DNA from: Armatimonadota bacterium | GTDB taxonomy: Bacteria; Vulcanimicrobiota; JACPDS01; JBDRKI01 | NCBI GenBank assembly: GCA_043814095.1 | Contig: JBDRKI010000001.1 | Location: forward strand, 1 to 47,299 | Direction of reading: 5' to 3' | Length of the DNA stretch: 47,299 nucleotides | In this document: positions 38,510 through 47,143 of the stretch, one piece after another | Layout: every line of letters begins with the position of its first letter | How positions within the stretch are numbered: position 1 is the first letter of the stretch | Made by a program: the position numbers and the translations under genes | Notes under the pieces: generated by a model | Database searches by the model: none | The model's input: the letters and a program-made list of their open reading frames with translations, nothing else | Told to the model about the DNA's origin: nothing

Positions 38510-40990
38510 TTAATCTTCTTTTAATGCCGCAAGTTCTTTCTTTGTTCTCTCCCTCATATATAACGCGCCTGAGATACAGCGCTGTATACAGATACTGCAT
38601 CCTATGCATTTTTCTGCATCTGTCTCGGGATGCTTATCTTTATCAAGCTCTATGGCAAGATATGAACATCTTGTACAGTTTCCGCAGCTTATGCAGATAT
38701 CCTCATCTACATCCGATATCTTCTTTACCGGAGTAAGCTCCATGAATCCTTTTATCGGGTTAGGAAGAGCCTTTCCTCTAAGCTCATCCACGCTCTTTAT
38801 CCCGCGCTCTTTCATAAGATGGCTTAAGCCGCTCTCAAGATGCTTTATTATATCATAGCCGTATTTCATGGCTATTGTGCAGAACTGCACGGTGTTTACG
38901 CCAAGCGCCAGAAAATCAGCGGCCTGCTTGTAATCCATAGGGCCGCCGTTTCCTGAGACAGTAAGCCCCTCGCCTGAGACCATGGATAAAGTAAGGTAGC
39001 TTATAGGCAGCACTCCAAGTCCGCTCATGCCAACTACAATGCCTTCTTCCCATTCTTTCTTTTCCCCGGATCTGAATATCATTGTGGGGAACGTATTGGC
39101 AAGGGTGATACCCGCTTTCTTTTCGGGATATCTGTCTAAGACTTCTTTTATGGCTCTTGCTATCGGTATTATTGATGTTACCGCAGCGGTTAACTTGAAA
39201 AGCTTCGGAACGTCCTTATCCCCTGCTTCCATAATCCAGTCTATTATTCTCGCGGTTAACGCGGCATTCTGGGATACTATATCGCCTTCGGTACCGTCAC
39301 CGCCCTGCGGGCAGGATAAACTGTACTCAATACCCATAACGCCGGCATCTTCAAGAATCCTGGTGTTCGCCTGCCAGCCTGCTCTGTCGGCTTCATCATC
39401 ACCGGTTACCGGACCGCCCGTTGAAGCCATAATAAGTCTGTCGGGATATTTTTTAACTAGAGCTTTAATCTCTTTACAGACTCTGTCTAAAAGATGGCCG
39501 GAAACATTATCGCAGTTCCCGTAAGTTAAGCTGTCAAACTGGTGCATATACTCACCGGGTATATGTATGGGGCCGTGCTGGAATGAAGTTTTCATTATAC
39601 CGCCCGCCCAGCCCGCTTTGAAAGCAAGCTCCATCTGCTCAAGTCCGTCCGACGGAGGAGCCGCTGAAAGGATAAACGGGGAGCGTATCTTCCGCCCGAA
39701 GAAATCCGTTTCCACCGATACGGGCACGGCACAGAATCCGGGTATTACTTCTTCCGATTTGCGGATATTTTTAATTTTTATCTTCTTATTCTTAAGATAG
39801 GCGTCAACCATAATAGCGGCATTCTTACCGCCGGCAACTGCTTCCACCACGCTTCCGGGACCTGTCATGCAGTCACCCGCGTAAAAAATCTTCGGGCTCT
39901 TCTGTTTAGGTATTGAAGAGCAGCAGCCTATGGCAATGATAACATGGTCAAAATCTTCCCTTAACTGTTCTGTTCCTTTTACATCCGATATATTTTTAAG
40001 ATTAAACTCTTTGCCTTTAAGTTTAACCTTCATGGTTTCAATACCGGCAATTTTGCCTTTCTCTTTAAGTATCCGGGTTAGTTTTGTTCTTCCCGATACG
40101 CTTATGCCTTCAGAGAAAATCTCCATTCTTTCCTGCATTGTCAAAGGCATTTCGCTTAATTTTTCAAGAGAAAACATTTCCACGTTCTTTGCCTTGTTCT
40201 TAGCGGCCGTTACCGCGCAGTCAACCGCAACAGGGCCGCCGCCCACAACGGCAACACTGCCTTTAAATTTGTATTTTTTAGGAGATTTTAAATAATCTAT
40301 AGCGGAAATACTAAGTTTCTCGTTCTCAACGCCCAGACAGTACGGCTTATCAAGTCCTGCCGCTACAACCACAGCCTTAAAGCCCTGTTTTAATAAAGTC
40401 TCGGGGTTTGTAAGCTTCTTATTATATTTAACTTTCAGTCCCGTGGTTTTCACAAAATAGTCCGTATCTGACTTAAGAACATCTTTGGGAAGGCGGTAAT
40501 CCGGGATAAGAGAGCACATCCCGCCCGGAGCTTTCTCTTTCTCAAACACGGTTACGTCATAACCTTTCTGTGAGAGCATAAACGCGGATGAGAGTCCCGC
40601 GGGCCCCGCGCCTAAAACCGCTACTTTCCCGCCTCCTGTTTTAGGTTTTTTAAATTCAGGCATTTTCCTTAATTCTTTTGCCTTTTTTATAACGGTCGCC
40701 TGCACGGCCGGTATATTCACCGGATTATCAAATTTCTTCCTGACGCATCCCGCCATGCAGTGTTTATCCGGGCATACAAGCCCGCATACCCCGCCTAACG
40801 GGTTATTCTCAAGTATCTCGGCGGCGGCTCTTAAGTAATCCTGCGGAAGGCCTGTTCTAGCCGCCATTATAAAGTCGGCGGGTGAACAGTTCGCCGGACA
40901 TTCAACTTTACACGGCTTCTCTTCACAGAACTCGCATTTATCTATCTCAGCCTTAAGCTGGGCATCAGTTAAAAACAGATTCTCTTTCAT
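38510..40990 (-). CDS. Fused dihydropyrimidine-dehydrogenase-like oxidoreductase (Fe-S/FAD/NAD(P) module + FMN barrel + 2x4Fe-4S)
   Basis: CEFC..PC...CP, NPLGGVCGLVCP, GAGPAG, VVGGG..A.DCA, YAGD; SPF.LSA, LSCP, KLT, ANT, SGNGG, VQFC; CISCGNC / CIGCSIC. Confidence 0.82.
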   Translation of the reverse strand: MKENLFLTDAQLKAEIDKCEFCEEKPCKVECPANCSPADFIMAARTGLPQDYLRAAAEILENNPLGGVCGLVCPDKHCMAGCVRKKFDNPVNIPAVQATVIKKAKELRKMPEFKKPKTGGGKVAVLGAGPAGLSSAFMLSQKGYDVTVFEKEKAPGGMCSLIPDYRLPKDVLKSDTDYFVKTTGLKVKYNKKLTNPETLLKQGFKAVVVAAGLDKPYCLGVENEKLSISAIDYLKSPKKYKFKGSVAVVGGGPVAVDCAVTAAKNKAKNVEMFSLEKLSEMPLTMQERMEIFSEGISVSGRTKLTRILKEKGKIAGIETMKVKLKGKEFNLKNISDVKGTEQLREDFDHVIIAIGCCSSIPKQKSPKIFYAGDCMTGPGSVVEAVAGGKNAAIMVDAYLKNKKIKIKNIRKSEEVIPGFCAVPVSVETDFFGRKIRSPFILSAAPPSDGLEQMELAFKAGWAGGIMKTSFQHGPIHIPGEYMHQFDSLTYGNCDNVSGHLLDRVCKEIKALVKKYPDRLIMASTGGPVTGDDEADRAGWQANTRILEDAGVMGIEYSLSCPQGGDGTEGDIVSQNAALTARIIDWIMEAGDKDVPKLFKLTAAVTSIIPIARAIKEVLDRYPEKKAGITLANTFPTMIFRSGEKKEWEEGIVVGMSGLGVLPISYLTLSMVSGEGLTVSGNGGPMDYKQAADFLALGVNTVQFCTIAMKYGYDIIKHLESGLSHLMKERGIKSVDELRGKALPNPIKGFMELTPVKKISDVDEDICISCGNCTRCSYLAIELDKDKHPETDAEKCIGCSICIQRCISGALYMRERTKKELAALKED

Positions 40991-41002
40991 CTATTCCTCC
41001 GT

Positions 41003-41998
41003 TTATGTATTAACGCTTTCAAAACTCTTCATAATACTGTCAACACCGGCCTTTATGCCGTCATGAAGAGCTTTTACTTCTTCAGGCTTCCACTGGTTAT
41101 TCCTTATAAAAGAAGTTTTATCAACCCTGTTGTCAAACTTGCCTATAGGAAGGTAAAATGCTTTGCCGTTTACCGCTTCCGCTTTAACAAATCCGGGTTT
41201 ATCCGAAGTCTCTATAAGATAATTTATATCATCACAGCCGTATTCTTTATACATAACTTCTTCGGGAACTCCGTGATGAAGGATACTGCCTGAAGCATTG
41301 GGCTTGGCGCGCTCCTGGTTCTTTCTTCTTGATTCCTCAGGCGTTACCCATACATAAAGTATGACTGCGTTTGATAATATATCCGGATGGAGCTGTCCCA
41401 GGCAGTACTGGTATCCCCATGGCAGGGGATAGCTTGATCCGTCCTCCCCGCCTCTTGCAAATTCCATAACAATGGTTTTACCGTCAAAAGTATCGGGGTA
41501 GCCTGCATGCTTCTCATCTATAATACGCCGGGATTCACTCTCTAAGTTTTTAAGAATCCTGTTCCATTTATCCTCAGGATAAATAGGCTTATCGCCTTTA
41601 TAGAATAAAGACTCAGCACCCAGCTTTATCCTTGCCGCGTCATACCTTTTGCATAAATATTCCGCCGCGTTATCGGTTTTAATCATTCTCTTGTTCATAA
41701 GATCATCATAATCTTCATTTACAAGATGTATTAACACCCCCCATGATATCTTTTCAATAAAAGGCCTCTCATTTGAATAAAAGAAAACAGATTCCAGTCC
41801 TTCTTTTCTTAAGTTCTCATCAATCTCCCTCATCATATGGACATAAAGGTAGTCATCAAGCTGTAGGGTATCACCCATATGAAAATCCCTTTTTAGTTCT
41901 TCGCCGGAAAGGCTGTCCAGATATTTCCTTACCTCAGATTTGCCCGATGCGGGCAGTGCGAGCAACAGTACGGTATTGAATATTTTTTCCATTCTCAT
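41003..41998 (-). CDS. Hypothetical P-loop NTPase/kinase-like protein
   Basis: N-terminal VLLLALPASGKSE (Walker A-like), EFARGG, ILYVWVTPEESRRKN.ER (lid-like); first gene of the operon. Confidence 0.65.
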   Translation of the reverse strand: MRMEKIFNTVLLLALPASGKSEVRKYLDSLSGEELKRDFHMGDTLQLDDYLYVHMMREIDENLRKEGLESVFFYSNERPFIEKISWGVLIHLVNEDYDDLMNKRMIKTDNAAEYLCKRYDAARIKLGAESLFYKGDKPIYPEDKWNRILKNLESESRRIIDEKHAGYPDTFDGKTIVMEFARGGEDGSSYPLPWGYQYCLGQLHPDILSNAVILYVWVTPEESRRKNQERAKPNASGSILHHGVPEEVMYKEYGCDDINYLIETSDKPGFVKAEAVNGKAFYLPIGKFDNRVDKTSFIRNNQWKPEEVKALHDGIKAGVDSIMKSFESVNT

Positions 41999-42158
41999 CC
42001 TCCTTAAAAAATTGTGTAAAACCTTATTCTTTACAAGGGTTTATGACTCCTCTTTTGTGATATTTATAATTATTATATATATACTACCCTTATTTATCAA
42101 TAGTATAGCCTTGCTTTTTTACTTATTTCATGCTAAAATCCGCCGGGGGTATAAAAAA

Positions 42159-42203
42159 TACTCCTTTTGACCGATAGTATAAAAAAATAATGTAATATAT
42201 AAT
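42159..42203 (+). promoter_or_regulatory. Activator-type promoter: 16-bp box plus -10
   Basis: TACTCCTTTTGACCGA at 42159; TATAAT at 42198 (39 bp downstream). Confidence 0.55.
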
Positions 42204-42243
42204 AAAATTAAGGGGAACACTAATATAATTTTGGAAGTAAAAA

Positions 42244-43074
42244 ATGGCTAAAATAACAGTAAGCTCTAAAATTGAAAGTTTTATGAGAAGAACGCCTTAT
42301 GAAGCAGGCTCTAAAAGCGAGCTTCTTACTAAATTTTATTATAAATGCATGCTTAAAACCATAAGGGTGCTGGAAGAAAGTGCTCCCTCCATAGGGCATA
42401 CTCTTGATTCCATTATACATGTGGAAGGCAATGCCATTTACGGCTTTATAGATATAGCCATAAATAAAACCATAGATGAATCCGGTTATAAATTAAAGCC
42501 GAAGGAAAGAAAACTTATATGCATAGCACTGCGTGAAAATATAAAGTCGCACCTGCAGGATATCAAATACAACCTTAACAATGTGGATGAAGTGCGCAGG
42601 CTCCTTGTAACCAACAGCCATGAAACCTGCGGCATTCTGGATAACCTCTTAAATACCAATAAAGCCATAAAAAGAGAACTTTTAAAAAAACCGGAAGCAA
42701 TAAAAGCCGAAGCACAAAAACCTCTCTGGGAGAGAATAAACCCGCTTAAAAGATTCTTTAAGCCAAAGCGGAAGCCGGAACAGCCCCGGAAACCGGCCTC
42801 CCCTCCTAAAAAAATTGCTCCCCAAAATGAAGCACCCGCTAAAAACGGACTGGACCGCAGCAAGTTTTTAGAAAGCATGCGTAAAGGAGATTTCCCTGAG
42901 CGCCCCAGAGCAAAAGTAAATCTTGAAAAATTTGAAGAAGCTATTTTCAAACCGCCTGCTCAGCCTAAACCTGTTAAGCCGGAATTTAAAACTAAGGTAG
43001 ATATAAACAAGCCTCCCCGGCTTGAAGTGCGGAAGCTTCAAGAAGCTCTCCGCTTCCTGAAGCTTATAAAATAA
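42244..43074 (+). CDS. Orphan protein with Pro/Lys-rich C-terminal half
   Basis: 276-aa ORF; no recognisable motif. Confidence 0.65.
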   Translation: MAKITVSSKIESFMRRTPYEAGSKSELLTKFYYKCMLKTIRVLEESAPSIGHTLDSIIHVEGNAIYGFIDIAINKTIDESGYKLKPKERKLICIALRENIKSHLQDIKYNLNNVDEVRRLLVTNSHETCGILDNLLNTNKAIKRELLKKPEAIKAEAQKPLWERINPLKRFFKPKRKPEQPRKPASPPKKIAPQNEAPAKNGLDRSKFLESMRKGDFPERPRAKVNLEKFEEAIFKPPAQPKPVKPEFKTKVDINKPPRLEVRKLQEALRFLKLIK

Positions 43075-43124
43075 TAAGTTCCCGCCCCTTCTCCCGTCTC
43101 ATAAAGTAGAAAAAGTTCATATAT

Positions 43125-43192
43125 TGTTAACATTTTGTTAACATCCTGTTAACAAAATATCCTTGATTCATAAGCATATCCTGGTATATAAT
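43125..43192 (+). promoter_or_regulatory. Three TGTTAACA repeats (11-bp period) plus -10
   Basis: TGTTAACA at 43125, 43136, 43147; TATAAT at 43187. Confidence 0.65.
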
Positions 43193-43224
43193 TATATTAT
43201 ACGACTTTATTAAAAGGAATATTT

Positions 43225-44391
43225 ATGTCAGGAAGAATTCCTAACAATGTAAATCTAACAACACAGACTAAAACAACCGGCAACAGCCAGCATGGTTATT
43301 ATGAATTTTTTGAAGAACTTATAAAAGACTGGATGTGGAGCGGCTTACAAATCAATGTATTTTCTCATGCAAATCATTATCTGGCTACACAGAAATCACA
43401 GTTAGCCCGATATACAAATGTAAATGTCGTGTATTACAATTTTTCAACTTGGCTAAGCGATCCGACAGTAGCCGGATATTTAGAACATCTTTTAGAAACA
43501 CATTTTAACGTTGGTATAAGCAATTTTCAAGGTAGTACAAATAGCAGTTCTTCCCCCCAAAGACAGGCTTTCTGCCGTTATTTATCAAACCAGAGAAACG
43601 CTTCTTCGGTTTACTATAGATTAAGAAATTACATTATTAAAATATTCTATATAAAAGCGTATTTTGCAAACAGAGGCAACAAAGGATTAACAGATGCAGT
43701 AATACATAGAGAAGTAATGAACAAACTACCAGAGATTCTAGACAAAAACGAAGTTTTTGATCCTGCTAAAGATATATCGATGGAAGCATCAAAAATTGTT
43801 AATGCGGAAAAACAGGTAAAAAAATCGGTAAGACTGATGGTTAAAAGTTTTATACAACTCCAGAAGAAAAACCCTACTTTAACTTTTAAAGAGTTAATAG
43901 AGATTTTGCGATATGAATTCCCGGAACTGCCTGATATTATAGCTACAAGCCAGACGTGGTTTCTTGATCCCTTAAAAAAAGTTTACAACTGTTCAAAACA
44001 TAATTACGGCAGAATGACCCCCCTTATAGATAATGCCGTAAATAAAATACTGCATCCGAAATGGTATAAACAGTATCTGTTAGATACTGAACTGCAGGGC
44101 GGGATACTTTCCTTAACTTACAAAATGAGATTAGAAAACTGGAAACCTGTAAAATCCCTGCCGAAGCCGAAATCAAAAAAAGTAAAAGCAAGAGCAAGAA
44201 AAAAAGGACATGCTTACAGGGCAAAAAATGATCCTTTAAATAAAGCAAGAAAAGCGCTTACCCGCAAACTGCCTTTTAAGCCCAAAGCCCTGCCGCCTAA
44301 ACCGGGAAAGGTTCCCAAGATAAAACCGCCAAAACCGAATACCGGAATAATACAAAAATTCTTAAGAGCTATTAAAAAAATTATACCTTAA
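43225..44391 (+). CDS. Orphan protein with Pro/Lys-rich tail
   Basis: 388-aa ORF with RBS AAAGGA; no recognisable motif. Confidence 0.7.
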   Translation: MSGRIPNNVNLTTQTKTTGNSQHGYYEFFEELIKDWMWSGLQINVFSHANHYLATQKSQLARYTNVNVVYYNFSTWLSDPTVAGYLEHLLETHFNVGISNFQGSTNSSSSPQRQAFCRYLSNQRNASSVYYRLRNYIIKIFYIKAYFANRGNKGLTDAVIHREVMNKLPEILDKNEVFDPAKDISMEASKIVNAEKQVKKSVRLMVKSFIQLQKKNPTLTFKELIEILRYEFPELPDIIATSQTWFLDPLKKVYNCSKHNYGRMTPLIDNAVNKILHPKWYKQYLLDTELQGGILSLTYKMRLENWKPVKSLPKPKSKKVKARARKKGHAYRAKNDPLNKARKALTRKLPFKPKALPPKPGKVPKIKPPKPNTGIIQKFLRAIKKIIP

Positions 44392-44436
44392 AATATCTAT
44401 TCCCTATTTTATATTTCAATGCTATAATATTTTCAT

Positions 44437-45879
44437 ATGACAGAAGATCAACTTTTTCATAAAAGCGAATTAAACCGGATAAAAAGCTCTATTACTAAAT
44501 CATATTACGAAGCGGCATGCTCATCAACCACCGTGGGGGTGGGCGAGACTCTTCTTGGAGCTTTTGCCGTTGCTTTAAATTTCAGCGCCGCACAGCTGGG
44601 CGTGCTTCTCTCCCTTCCCAACCTTATAGGGTCGCTTTTCCAGACCATAATACCGGAAGTAATAGAGAAACTTAAACAAAGGAAAATTATATTCGTTGTA
44701 TTCTCCGCTTTAGCGTCAGCAGCCTGGATTCTAATACTTCTTACGCCGTTTATCTTTAAAACAGATCCTTTTGTTCCGCTTATCATATTCGTTTCTTTTT
44801 ATTACATAAACAACAACTTCATTATTTCATCATATACAAGCACAATATCATCATGGATACCGGAAAAGTTAAGAGGTAATGTTCTGGGCCGCAGGCAGAG
44901 AATCCTTACATTCGCCCTCCTCATATCAACATTAACAGGAGCTTTCCTGCTTAAATATTTTAAACAGGATTATATCTTTTACGGATTTGCCCTTGTATTT
45001 TTTATAGCTGCGACGGCTAAATTCATATCATACCTTATCTTAAAAACCGTTTACGAACCGAAGATGTATGAAAGAAAATTCCAGTCGTTTTCTTTTCCTG
45101 ATTTTGTAAAGAAGATGCTTTTTAATAATTTCGGAAGATTTACTTTATATATATTCTTTGTTTATTTCGCGATATATTTATCCGCTCCCTATTTCGTGCT
45201 TTATATGATAAGGGACTTGGGCTTTACGTATTTTCAGTACATATTCCTTATAGCCATAGCCGCGACAACCAATTTCTTAACCACCCGCGCCTGGGGGCGC
45301 TTCGCGGATAAGCACGGGAATATGCAGGTTTTAAAAATAACGGGGCTTTTGATATCCCTTACGTCTTTCGTATGGCTTTTCTCCCCGAACTTCTACTACC
45401 TTATATTCGCACAGGTTTTCTCCGGCCTTATATGGTCGGGATTTAACTTAAGCAGTATAAATTTTATATATGATTCCACAACCCCGGAGAGAAGGGCAAG
45501 ATGCGTGTCATATTACAACATATTCTGGAACTTAGGGATCTTTACCGGAGCTGTAACCGGAAGCTTCCTTCTTAAGTTCTTCCCGAATTTTATATGGTTC
45601 GGGTCCGCACTGCCCGTCCTTTTCTTCATATCATCAATATTAAGATTCCTCGTAACATTTATATTCGCATACATATTAAAAGAGATAAGGCGCGTAAGGC
45701 CGGCTGACAAAGTCCAGGTTATAATAGGAATAACGGGTTTGAGGGTAATCCAGAGCACATTCTTAGGAACCGCCGGGGTATTAAAATACGGGACTTCCAA
45801 AATTCTGGATTATGAGATTTATCTTGATAAGATAACCGAGTTTGTAAAATCGCATATACCGTTTAAAAAGCATAAATAG
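44437..45879 (+). CDS. MFS transporter
   Basis: About 12 TM segments; WGRFADKHGN motif A-like; IPEKLRG / PERRA loops. Confidence 0.88.
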   Translation: MTEDQLFHKSELNRIKSSITKSYYEAACSSTTVGVGETLLGAFAVALNFSAAQLGVLLSLPNLIGSLFQTIIPEVIEKLKQRKIIFVVFSALASAAWILILLTPFIFKTDPFVPLIIFVSFYYINNNFIISSYTSTISSWIPEKLRGNVLGRRQRILTFALLISTLTGAFLLKYFKQDYIFYGFALVFFIAATAKFISYLILKTVYEPKMYERKFQSFSFPDFVKKMLFNNFGRFTLYIFFVYFAIYLSAPYFVLYMIRDLGFTYFQYIFLIAIAATTNFLTTRAWGRFADKHGNMQVLKITGLLISLTSFVWLFSPNFYYLIFAQVFSGLIWSGFNLSSINFIYDSTTPERRARCVSYYNIFWNLGIFTGAVTGSFLLKFFPNFIWFGSALPVLFFISSILRFLVTFIFAYILKEIRRVRPADKVQVIIGITGLRVIQSTFLGTAGVLKYGTSKILDYEIYLDKITEFVKSHIPFKKHK

Positions 45880-45913
45880 TTCATGTATATAATATATGAA
45901 CTGGATTATAAAT

Positions 45914-45950
45914 AAAAAAGCCCGGGTCATATAAATAATCCGGGCTTTTT
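45914..45950. terminator. Bidirectional intrinsic terminator between the convergent MFS gene and rplL
   Basis: AAAAAGCCCGG...CCGGGCTTTTT. Confidence 0.82.
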
Positions 45951-45967
45951 CTCTTTTTAAGTCTTGA

Positions 45968-46339
45968 TTACTTAAGATTAACTTTAGCGCCGACTTCTTC
46001 GAATTTCTTCTTGATTTCGTTCGCCTGGTCTTTTGTTACTGCTTCTTTGAGTACTTTCGGTGCGCCTTCAACTAAATCTTTTGCTTCTTTTAAGCCGAGA
46101 GCTGTTACTTCTCTTACTACTTTGATGACTTTGATTTTATCTGAACCGACTTCTGTAAGTTCTACATCAAAAGTATCTTTTTCTTCGGCTGCTGCCGCAG
46201 GGGCTGCTGCCGCTACCGCTACCGGGGCTGCTGCTGATACGCCGAATTCCTCTTCCATCTTTTTGACGAGCTCTGCCACGTCTGTTACCTTTAAGTTTTT
46301 GATTCCGTCCAGAATCTGATCAATTGTTAAGTTTGACAT
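45968..46339 (-). CDS. rplL: 50S ribosomal protein L7/L12
   Basis: [40 protein letters not shown]; start at MSNLT (46339) after GGAGG. Confidence 0.97.
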   Translation of the reverse strand: MSNLTIDQILDGIKNLKVTDVAELVKKMEEEFGVSAAAPVAVAAAAPAAAAEEKDTFDVELTEVGSDKIKVIKVVREVTALGLKEAKDLVEGAPKVLKEAVTKDQANEIKKKFEEVGAKVNLK

Positions 46340-46382
46340 TTTTTCCTCCATATTATTTTTTAAATTTTTACTTTTTCAGGAT

Positions 46383-46961
46383 TTACGCGGTACCTTCCGC
46401 TTCCTTTTTCTTTCTTAAATCAGAAAGCGCGTAAACTATGCTTCTTACGGTACCCTGCAATACGTTTACGACTCCGTATAACGGAGACTGTATACTGCCG
46501 ATAAGTCTCGCATAAAGAACTTCTTTTGTTGGCAGGCTTGCCAGCTGTTTTAATTTTGCCGAATCAAGCAGTTCCCCGTCATAATAACCGGCTTTTAAAA
46601 CAGGAAGACCTTCCTTGCCGATTTTATTCTCTTTCGCGAACTCTGCCAGTATCTTGGCGGTTGTCGCTCCGTCTTCACCGAATACCAGAGCGATAGGGCC
46701 TTCAAGCTGATCGTCAAGACCTTCTATCTTAAGCTTCTTTAATGCCATCTTTGTTAAAGTATTTTTAAATACTTTAAGCTCGGCATTATCTTTATTAAGC
46801 CTTCTTCTTAAATCATTGACGAGTTTAACCGTAAGCCCTGCGCCTTCGCCGCGATAGTCTGTAAGAACTAAAATCTCATTGTTTTTAATCTTATCAGCTA
46901 CTTTGTCAACGGCTTCTTTCTTTTTAAGATGCTGGGGTTTGTTTTTGGCTGTTTTTATCAT
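46383..46961 (-). CDS. rplJ: 50S ribosomal protein L10
   Basis: DYRG..GLTV...LRR, VFKNTL, L.GP.A, LASLP.KE.L; upstream of rplL. Confidence 0.95.
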   Translation of the reverse strand: MIKTAKNKPQHLKKKEAVDKVADKIKNNEILVLTDYRGEGAGLTVKLVNDLRRRLNKDNAELKVFKNTLTKMALKKLKIEGLDDQLEGPIALVFGEDGATTAKILAEFAKENKIGKEGLPVLKAGYYDGELLDSAKLKQLASLPTKEVLYARLIGSIQSPLYGVVNVLQGTVRSIVYALSDLRKKKEAEGTA

Positions 46962-47001
46962 TTATTCACCTCCCCTTTTAAAATTTTATTTCTTGCCAAT
47001 T

Positions 47002-47110
47002 AAAAAAGGCTTTCCGTAGAAAGCCTCATAATACATTATATTATCAGGTTTTACCTCGGTAGGCGGCCTCCCATTATCCGCTATGTGCAGACCTACTTTC
47101 TACGGTACAG
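47002..47110 (-). ncRNA. Ribosomal protein L10 leader (attenuator)
   Basis: CCGTAGAAAGTAGG...ATAA...CCTACCGAGG core; downstream terminator AGGCTTTC-TACG-GAAAGCCT-TTTTT. Confidence 0.85.
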
Positions 47111-47115
47111 ATGTA

Positions 47116-47143
47116 ATTATAGCAAAATATATGTGTTTGTCAA
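47116..47143 (-). promoter_or_regulatory. Consensus sigma70 promoter for rplJL
   Basis: TTGACA (47143-47138) - 16 bp - TATAAT (47121-47116) with TG extension. Confidence 0.8.

Noticed and set aside
43125-43154. CRISPR or iteron array interpretation of the short periodic repeats
   Set aside because: Units are 8 bp with 3-bp spacers; no cas or rep genes; better explained as regulator sites. No CRISPR array, tRNA or rRNA was recognised anywhere in the window
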